A stretch of 43,057 nt of DNA, taken from NCBI RefSeq assembly GCF_001194135.2, contig NC_068993.1, forward strand, positions 65,023,781 to 65,066,837, read 5' to 3'. A program made the translations under genes and the position numbers. The stretch comes from Octopus bimaculoides (taxonomy: Eukaryota). The notes below the pieces were generated by a model. That model was given only the letters and a program-made list of their open reading frames with translations. It did no database searches and was not told where the DNA came from. Numbering within the stretch: the stretch's first letter is position 1; every line of letters starts with the position of its first letter. Below, one piece after another: positions 35,720 to 43,057 of the stretch.

Positions 35720-37373
35720 TATAGGAATAGTGGTTACACACCATTAGGTGTGCACCTACTTTCCTATATTAAATTAGAATGAACGGAAGGCAGAACTCCA
35801 AACTATCAACACAACAATATTTATTTAAGGTAGAAAATAGACAGCTTTACTCTTGGTTGTTGAGACGCCTTCTGTGTGTGAGAACATGGTTGTTGAGACG
35901 CCGGAATGTTGATGTGAGCTGTCTGGCGTGAGTTCGAAAGATGGAGAGAAGGCTTGACACGTCCATGCTCAATGCTGGCCAGGCAAGAAAGAGAAAGAAA
36001 ATAGCGGGAACGCTTGGATGTTGAATTCCACGCATGCGTGAGTCTACGCATGCGCACAGCGTTACTACAGGGCTCCCCTTGCCAGTGTGGAACGCACGAT
36101 AATATAATTTTTGGAGGAACGCCTGAGGCAGGATGGCCACTGAAAACCACCCACAAGATGTGGCACAAACACACACAAAGAAAAATCAAAGAAATGAATG
36201 TACACTTGTGAGATACATGCATGCAATGTTTCTGAAAGGAAAGAAAATATATGAGTGCACAAGTGTGTGTGTGAGAGAGAAAAAAACACAGAACATAGTA
36301 AAAGTGTCTGTAGAGAAAAAATCCAGTTCGTATAAGAGTTACACAAGTTGAATGTCTGTACTCAGNNNNNNNNNNNNGTCGATGCGAGTTGCGACCTGTT
36401 ACCTGGTACTAAATATCCTAGTCGGCTAGCTCTGACTGTTGTGTGTGAGTGGATATTCCACTCATACAGTGAAGATAAAACCGAGTGTGTTGATCTGGTG
36501 TGTCCCTGGTGGTGGGGTTGTTGGCGCACGGCATTGTGGTAGACAGTACATTGGTGGTGAAAACGTCAGCGCTGGAACTGGCTATAGCTGTGTTCTGTAT
36601 GTGAGTGGTGATAATGATGTCATGTTGACGCTGTTGGCGACGTCGGGGCGATGCTTGTAGTTCGTCGTGGTTGTTATTGTCGACGGCGTTGGTGGTCATC
36701 TTGGTTGGACGAAGCTGGTGGCGAAAAGGCTGCTTGGTGATAATGGTGTTTGAAGAGGTACGCTTTTACAGACAGTCGACAGACAATCTCTGTACGACCA
36801 TTAGCGTTGACCTTGATGAGTGGCATTGCTGGAAAATGCTGTCATGAATTCGAAGTTTTATAGGAAAGTGCCGTAGTTACGTATGTCAGCGGCGGCAGTG
36901 TAGTATTATTGGTTGGTAGTCCAGAATCCATGGCCGCGTTTGTTCTATAGTTGGGGTCACTATAGGAATGCGTTAAATAGCTCAGCGGGCTGCGTGTTTG
37001 AATCACGTCGGAGGGTCACCAGTTATAAGAAAGTGGGTTATACATCATTAGATGTACACCTGCTTTCCTATATTAAATTAGAATGAACGGAACGCAGAAC
37101 TCCAAACTGTCAACATAACAATATTTATTTAAGGTGGAAAATAGACAGCTTTACTCTTGGTTGTTGAGACGCCTTCTGTGTGTGAGAACATGGTTGCTGA
37201 GACGCCGGAATGTTGATGTGAGCTGTCTGGCGTGAGTTCGAAAGATGGAGAGAAGGCTTGGCACGTCCATGCTCAATGCCGGCCAGGCGAGAAAGAGAAA
37301 GAAAATAGCGGGAACGCTTGGATATTGAATTCTACGCATGCGTGAGTCTACGCATGCGCACGGCGTTACTACA
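35720..37373 (-). mobile_element. Complete non-autonomous (TRIM-like) Gypsy LTR element, copy 2
   Basis: Two 350-bp LTRs (37024-37373 and 35720-36069, ~95% identical), CTTC TSD (35716-35719 and 37374-37377), tRNA-Trp PBS, PPT AAGGGGAG, AATAAA within the LTR, and a 954-bp interior with an integrase-tail remnant (KVNANGRTE.VSVDCL). Confidence 0.9.
36988..37021 (-). promoter_or_regulatory. Extended primer-binding site complementary to the tRNA-Trp 3' end
   Basis: The + strand reads GGCTGCGTGTTTGAATCACGTCGGAGGGTCACCA versus vertebrate tRNA-Trp GGCTGCGTGTTCGAATCACGTCGGGGTCACCA (recalled). It begins 2 nt inside the LTR boundary. Confidence 0.85.
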
Positions 37374-40300
37374 CTTCTAAACTGCTTCTCTTCCTAATCA
37401 ATTGTTTGTTACTTCTAAACTGTTTCTTTTCCTAATCAATTGTTTGTTACTTCTAAACTGCTTCTCTTCTTAATCAATTGTTTGTTACTTCTAAACTGTT
37501 TCTCTTCCAAATCAATTGTTTGTTACTTCTAAACTGTTTCTCTTCCTAATCAATTGTTTGTTACTTCTAAACTGCTTCTCTTCTTAATCAAATGTTTGTT
37601 ACTTTGTTACTGTCATAACTTGGTCCATTAGTTTTTGCAGTTTTTTCTTTCTAAAGCATCTTCTTTACCCCTGTAGTAGTAATTGATGGTTATACCATTT
37701 TGCCAGTCATCTGGGTATGTCCCTGTGTCTGGTTGAGTGAGTGAGTGACTGACTGACTGACTAACTACTTTACTAGATATTGTCAGCATCTCACCAACTA
37801 TCCCTCTTAGATCTGCTACCTGCTTTTCATCATACTGCCTTAATTGCTGGTCCTTTTGATGAACATTCTTGAGATAGTTCCTCTTACATATTTTTCACAT
37901 TCAATAACCTCCTGTAGTCACATTTTCCAGCCTCTTTCTTTTCAGTGTCAGCTAGGGTAAATGCATCATATCATATTGAGCACACTTTTTCCTAACAGTG
38001 TCTTTACTCAAATTAAAAGTCTAGTTTTGCAGTCAGGTGCACATCACATCTCTGGCCATCTCATTACAATCTCTAGCTTTGTTTCTCTTTATGCTATATA
38101 ATTTTGTTGGCTAGCTTCTCTTCTATGTGCTTAATGTTGTTCTTTGTCCCCCACTTTCTTCTGATATTGCCAGGCTTTTCTTTTAGCATTTATGACTCTA
38201 CAGTAATATCCCACCACCATGTTACTTTACATCTGGGTGGAATCTTGCTACATCAACAGATCGGGTCTGTAGTAAACTGAACTAACTAATCTGTGTTGAG
38301 TAGTACATTTGTCACTGGAAGAAGTTACAATAAGTTGTGAATATTGTTTCTGAAAAAAGAAAGTCTAGATGATCCTGGTTGAATACCTCTGGTCATATGT
38401 TTACTTGATCAGGCCTGGGCTCTCTTTTTATTATTATTATTATCTATTAGTCAATGAGGAAGGGTAGTTCTTTGGCCTTTTATAGGATCTTCAAGAGAGG
38501 ATACCTTACTTGCTACTACCAGTCTGGAGATTGAACCTGAATGCTTGCAACAGATTGGATTCTATTAAAAGTATCCAAGGACTAGGTGGTGATGTTAAAC
38601 TGAGTGAAGGATTAAGTCTACAACAGCAGCAACATAACAGTATGTTTGTGACATAATAAATAAGAGCATTACCACCATTAGCTTAGAAATAGATTCTTTG
38701 TTCAAATCCAATCCAGTAATTAGACATACATGTAGGAATGAAGTATCCAATGACAACTGGAAACATTATTAATAGAAATGTAGCATAGATGTAAATATTA
38801 CTTAAAAAATGTTTCATTGTAAAAAAAAAATGATGTTAATTAGTCCAAAAAATGTATTAACAAAAACTTGAATATTTAATCAACGTAAAATTTTATTCTA
38901 TTTGGGATATACATAAATTAACCTCATTGAATTAACAGCAACATTAATGTTTTCTAAATCACTTACATTTTTCAAATTTTGTTTTTCTTTCAGTGTTTTG
39001 CAAACATAAAACATCTCTTGTAGATTAAAATGTTATTGGAAGAAATGGTACATGACAATTTTCAGGAAAGCAAGAAAATTTTGATTAAAATTCCACTTTT
39101 AACTATCAATTTTAATATCAACTTTTTTTTCTATAATTGTTAGACATTTCACAGCATCTGACAATCTGCAAATTAGGAATTTAATTGAAAGCAGTGCTTA
39201 AGCTGAAACTTTTCCACCAGGTTTGTGTGGTTATATTTCATTGTTAATATATCCACCTTGAGAAAGAAAAAAAACTAATTTACAAAGGAGTGTTTTAATA
39301 TGCAGCCTATATGATGAAACATTTCCTATTGAGTGCAATAAGATGTTCCTCATATGAAATATATTCAATGATGTGAAAAAACAAAGACACAATGGTTTTC
39401 TCTTGTGCTACATATAAAAGGATATGCATGTGAATGTATATGTGATTTTAGAGAAATATTCTGACCTATTTGTTTTTTTTTTTCTTATTGAAGAATTAAC
39501 TTTTAACTTGAAGACACTTTTGTCAATTTTTTTGAGGAAAAGGTGAGGATCAGTGATAATAGAAAAATATTTTTTAATCTTTTTTTTATGAATGTCTTTT
39601 ACATTGAACCTACTATAGTAGCTAAATTAGTTTTGAAATACTGGCAGGATATTTAAAAATATAACCATAAGAAAACACTAACAATAGTAACAATAATAAC
39701 AAAGAGGTTTAATTCAATATTGGATCCTAAATATTTCTTCAGAAGTGTATGAAGGATTCTATATTTGAGCCCCTCACTCCCACCCCAAGAAAACATTTAT
39801 TTTCAGTAATAGATAACAATATTCTCAAACAGTTCAGGGATTTTTTGTGAAAGATGTGCAAGATATTAGGTTAAATTATTAAAGTGAAGTCTTGAACAGA
39901 TGTTTGGATCAACTTTTAAGTAATTATTGTGATGAGAATACCTGGTTACAGTGTAAATAAAGCCTATTGCAAGTATATTTATTACGGTCTGTGATAATAC
40001 TAAACTAGTTTGTAAATGTTACCAAAATTCTTAACTGGTATGTTAGTTGTGATATTAAGATATTAACCCAGTGAATAAAAGCAATATTTATGTTAATGTT
40101 TTCTTATTAAAAATGTACTTAAATGTTATAAGATCCTAATATATTTGTTGCCTAAAATTATGATGAGACAAATTATCATTGGGAGACTTCCAATGCTGGT
40201 TTGCCTATATTTTTACTAGCATGTAATTTAATATACATGCAACTCTCTACAGAGAGAATGAATTCAGATAGAAAATAAATAAAACATTCTTCTCTTTGTT

Positions 40301-41571
40301 AAAATTGCCTTTCTTCCTAATATTTAATCAAAAATCATTTATTGGAAACATATAAAAATTGGTCCCCCCAAAAATTGGTCCCCCCAAAAATTGGTCCCCC
40401 CAAAATGACCAAAGCTGAAAGCATATGTATGATTGAAAGTATCTGAAATCTAAGTAATTCAAAAATTTATGAGAGTATTTAAAACATTGTCTTTTAAATC
40501 ATTCCCTTTCCTTGTCACTGAAGAAAATTAGTTTATCTATTTACCACTGCCGAAATTACTATAAAAACAAAAATTTATACATTTTTTTTAAAAAACAAAT
40601 CTTTGTTTTTGTTAACATTTTTTTCTCTCTTTTGATATAATCTTTTGATTGTTAATTTCAATAAAGAAATTTCTTTTTACTGTGTTTTTAAAATCATAGC
40701 ATAATTTATATTCGTTCACGAAAGAATTTTTTTCAATTCACAAGTGTTATTGTTATTAATGTTCATAATTATGAATCTCTAAAATTCAACATTTTAAAAA
40801 TGTTTTTAAATATATTTCCTTTATTTGTTATGCAATAAAGCTTGCACATCCTCACAATTTTAAATAGATAAAAAAAATAGACTCTTTGTCACTTTTTGAA
40901 ATTATGTTTTCTTTGTAGTTTAAGCAATTAACTCAAATGAATTCTTTTGAGCTAGAGATTTCAATGTTTATAATTATCAAGCTGTGAATTTTGAAAATTA
41001 ACTTAGAGAAAAAGATCATTATAATTACTTTTATCTCTTAAATTTCAGTTTCAAATAAATTAATCTAAAGTTATATTTTATATTAAGAAACAGAAAAGGT
41101 CATGATAAATAAATATAAACAGCTCCTTAAATTTTTTTTCTTTTTCATCTCTTTTCCACTTAATCTCAGCTAAAGCAGATAAACATTACTGCTCATATGA
41201 AACATATATCTATTAAATATCTAGAAGTATCTAAGACACATAACATTGTATCTGGAAGCATCTCTATTTGAGATAATTTGTCATATTAATAAAGAGATGA
41301 AAAAACATCTTTGTTCTGTACATCATCAAATTAATTGCTCAAATATCTTATTAACAAACTTCGAAATAAGATGAAAGTTTAAAATTTGGAGCCTGAAAAT
41401 ATAATGCTACGACAGTATGCCTGCACTGAGGTTATAAACACTAAGCTAACAAGTGAGCCATTACCAGCTTACTCATTATACTAGAAGTAGTGACCAACAC
41501 CCATTGTCTTAAATGGAGATGTTGAACAATGCTGTCTCTAATACAAAAGTTAGGATGGTGTCTGCCAAAAC

Positions 41572-41705
41572 TACATCATCATCATTTAGCGTCTATTGTC
41601 CATACTGGCATGGGTTGGATGGTTTGACCAAGGCTGGCAAGGAAGGCTACACCAAATCCTATGACCGCGAGTCCGCTGCCCTAACCACTGGACCATTGCG
41701 CCGCC
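41572..41705 (-). mobile_element. Short chimeric SINE: tRNA-like head joined to the RTE-type tail
   Basis: Minus strand reads GGCGGCGCAATGGTCCAGTGGTTAGGGCAGCGGACTCGCGGTCATAGGA, then tttggtgtagccttccttgccagcc...ccaacccatgccagtatggacaatagacgctaaa and (TGA)n. Confidence 0.65.
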
Positions 41706-42040
41706 CGGTGCCGGAAAAACGTGTCCGGCGGCGCAAGTATGTGACTGCGGACGTAATAACGTACCTGGTACCGCAAGAATGTGCCCAGGGCTGCTCTTAC
41801 GTGCCTGGAACCTCAAGGTGTCCGGCGCGGCAAGAACATGACTGGGGACGAAATAACGTGCCTGGAACCGAAAAGACTGCAAGAAGGTGCCTGAGGCCGT
41901 AAGAACGTACCCTGCGTCGCAATCACGTGCCCGGCGCCGAAAGAACTAGTCCAGCGCTGCAAAACGTTACCGAAGCCGCAAGTATATGACAGGTCGCAAT
42001 AAGGTGTCTGCAACCGCAAGAACGTGCACACGAAGAGAAC
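41706..42040. repeat. CpG-rich degenerate ~20-bp minisatellite (~17 units) with a 97-bp higher-order period
   Basis: Consensus is approximately AGAACGTGCCTGGCGCCGCA. The block gtgtccggcg..gactg.ggacg.aataacgt.cctgg.accg recurs at 41721 and 41818. Confidence 0.75.
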
Positions 42041-42940
42041 TAACGGACGTACGTGCATACGAAGAGAATGAACGGACGCACGTACGTTCGTTTTCTTGTT
42101 CGAACGGACGTACGTACATACGAAAGAACGAACGTACGGTACGTGCGAAAGAACGACGAAGCGAACGAACGAACGTACCTTGCGTCCGTACGTACGAACA
42201 AACGAATCAATGTACGTACGTACGCCCGTACGTAAAAACGAACGAACAAACGATAGAAAGAAAGAACGTACGTACGTACATACGAATGAATGAACGTACG
42301 AACTACGAAGCGAACGAAAGATCAAACGAACGAACGTACCTTACATCCGTACGTGCGGACGAACGACCTACGTACGAACGAACGAAGGTACGTACATACG
42401 TACGAACGGACGAAGGAACGAAATAACGAATGTCCATACGTACGTACGAATAAACGAACGAAGGAACGAAAGAATAAATGAACGAATGTACGTACGTAAT
42501 TAAGAACGAATGAACGAACCAAGTATCGAACGAACGAACTCGCGTGCGTACGTACCTAAGAACGAACAAACGAACGGATGAAGGTACAAACTAACGAACG
42601 TACGTACGTACTAATGATCGAACGAACGTACGTACGTACGTCCGGAAGATGGAACGAACGTACGTACGAAAGAAGGAAAGAACGAACGAAACTAACGAAC
42701 GGACGAAAGAACAAAAGAAGAAACAAACGAACGAACGAAAGTACTATAGAACGAACGATCGAAAAAAAGAACGAACGTACGTACGTACGAACGAACGATA
42801 GAAAGAAAGAAACAAATGAACAAAAGAACGATCGAACGAACGTACACACGATCGAACGAACTAATGAACAAACGAACGTACGTACGTGCAAACGAAAGAA
42901 CGTAAGTACGTACGTACGAAAGAACGAACGAACGTACGTC
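42040..42940. repeat. Mixed (ACGT)n/(ACGA)n tetranucleotide satellite
   Basis: Directly visible; it produces the spurious VRSF/ERTN ORFs. Confidence 0.92.
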
Positions 42941-43057
42941 ACCACCGCCGCCATCATACATCGCCCTCGTCACAACCGCCGCCATCATACGCAACCCTCG
43001 CCACCAACATAGATCACCCTCGTCACCACCGCCGCCATCATACATCACCCTCGTCAC
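42937..43057. repeat. ~31-bp tandem repeat running off the window end
   Basis: cgtcaccaccgccgccatcatacatcrccct, about 4 units. Confidence 0.85.

Larger units (their letters stand above)
35561..37598. repeat. 38-bp minisatellite, 10 units, split by the Gypsy insertion
   Basis: The unit TTACTTCTAAACTGYTTCTCTTCCTAATCAATTGTTTG starts at 35561, 35599, 35637, 35675, 35713 (split unit), 37409, 37447, 37485, 37523 and 37561. Confidence 0.95.
33950..38300 (-). mobile_element. Old RTE LINE, interrupted by a minisatellite expansion and a Gypsy insertion
   Basis: Minus-strand frames PDDWQNGITINYYRGKEDALERKN and KLMDQVMTVT (37600-37720), QFVFVPGWITINAFFLMKQLQEK..LYLAF (35450-35560), VRIRIG*NKFKALL (~34820). 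Outer boundaries are approximate. Confidence 0.7.

Noticed and set aside
36982-37021. tRNA-Trp gene
   Set aside because: Only the 3' half is present, it includes the post-transcriptional CCA, and it sits at the PBS position of an LTR element.
35561-37598. 38-bp repeat array resembling a CRISPR array
   Set aside because: The units are head to tail with no spacers, there are no cas genes, the context is eukaryotic, and the unit derives from an RTE.
38700-41400. Long AT-rich stretch, including a 16-bp triplet repeat near 40365-40405
   Set aside because: No supportable exon, RNA gene or element structure was found.
41657-41705. tRNA-Arg-like gene
   Set aside because: It has no T-arm or acceptor 3' strand; it is a SINE head fragment.
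41813-43057. Multiple 60-170 aa ORFs (VRSFVRTY, ERTNERT)
   Set aside because: These are translations of a tetranucleotide satellite with no coding evidence.

Overview
AT-rich, repeat-dense eukaryotic DNA with assembly gaps. The SINE and LINE-tail families look like those of Octopus; this is an inference from recalled repeat consensus sequences. No prokaryotic features are present. The only host gene is the 3' half of a calpain-15/SOL (small optic lobes)-type calpain on the + strand. It has seven GT-AG exons (1654-1782, 3350-3508, 6977-7138, 12579-12778, 18995-19167, 25060-25235, 32502-32646) that splice in frame to about 380 aa, including the catalytic His (NHAYS) and Asn (RNPW) and ending in LHSPRPI*. 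None of these exons is correctly delimited in the ORF track. Introns and the downstream region are filled with decayed retroelements: several RTE LINEs (one nearly full length), L1/Tx1-like, R4/Dong-like and Penelope-like remnants, tRNA-derived SINEs, and two copies of an internally deleted Gypsy LTR element. The most interesting observations are: (1) a foldback element with TIRs of at least 264 bp between the calpain stop codon and the first downstream AATAAA, predicting a long dsRNA in the 3' UTR; (2) a mini-Gypsy element whose tRNA-Trp primer-binding site runs well past the canonical 18 nt, next to a U5 hairpin with compensatory base changes; (3) a complete PHD finger inserted in the RT-thumb region of RTE LINEs; (4) a 38-bp minisatellite born inside an RTE coding sequence and later split by the Gypsy insertion; (5) decayed hammerhead-ribozyme-like motifs. 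All family assignments come from manual translation and motif recall, not database searches. I cannot confirm that any of these is undescribed.
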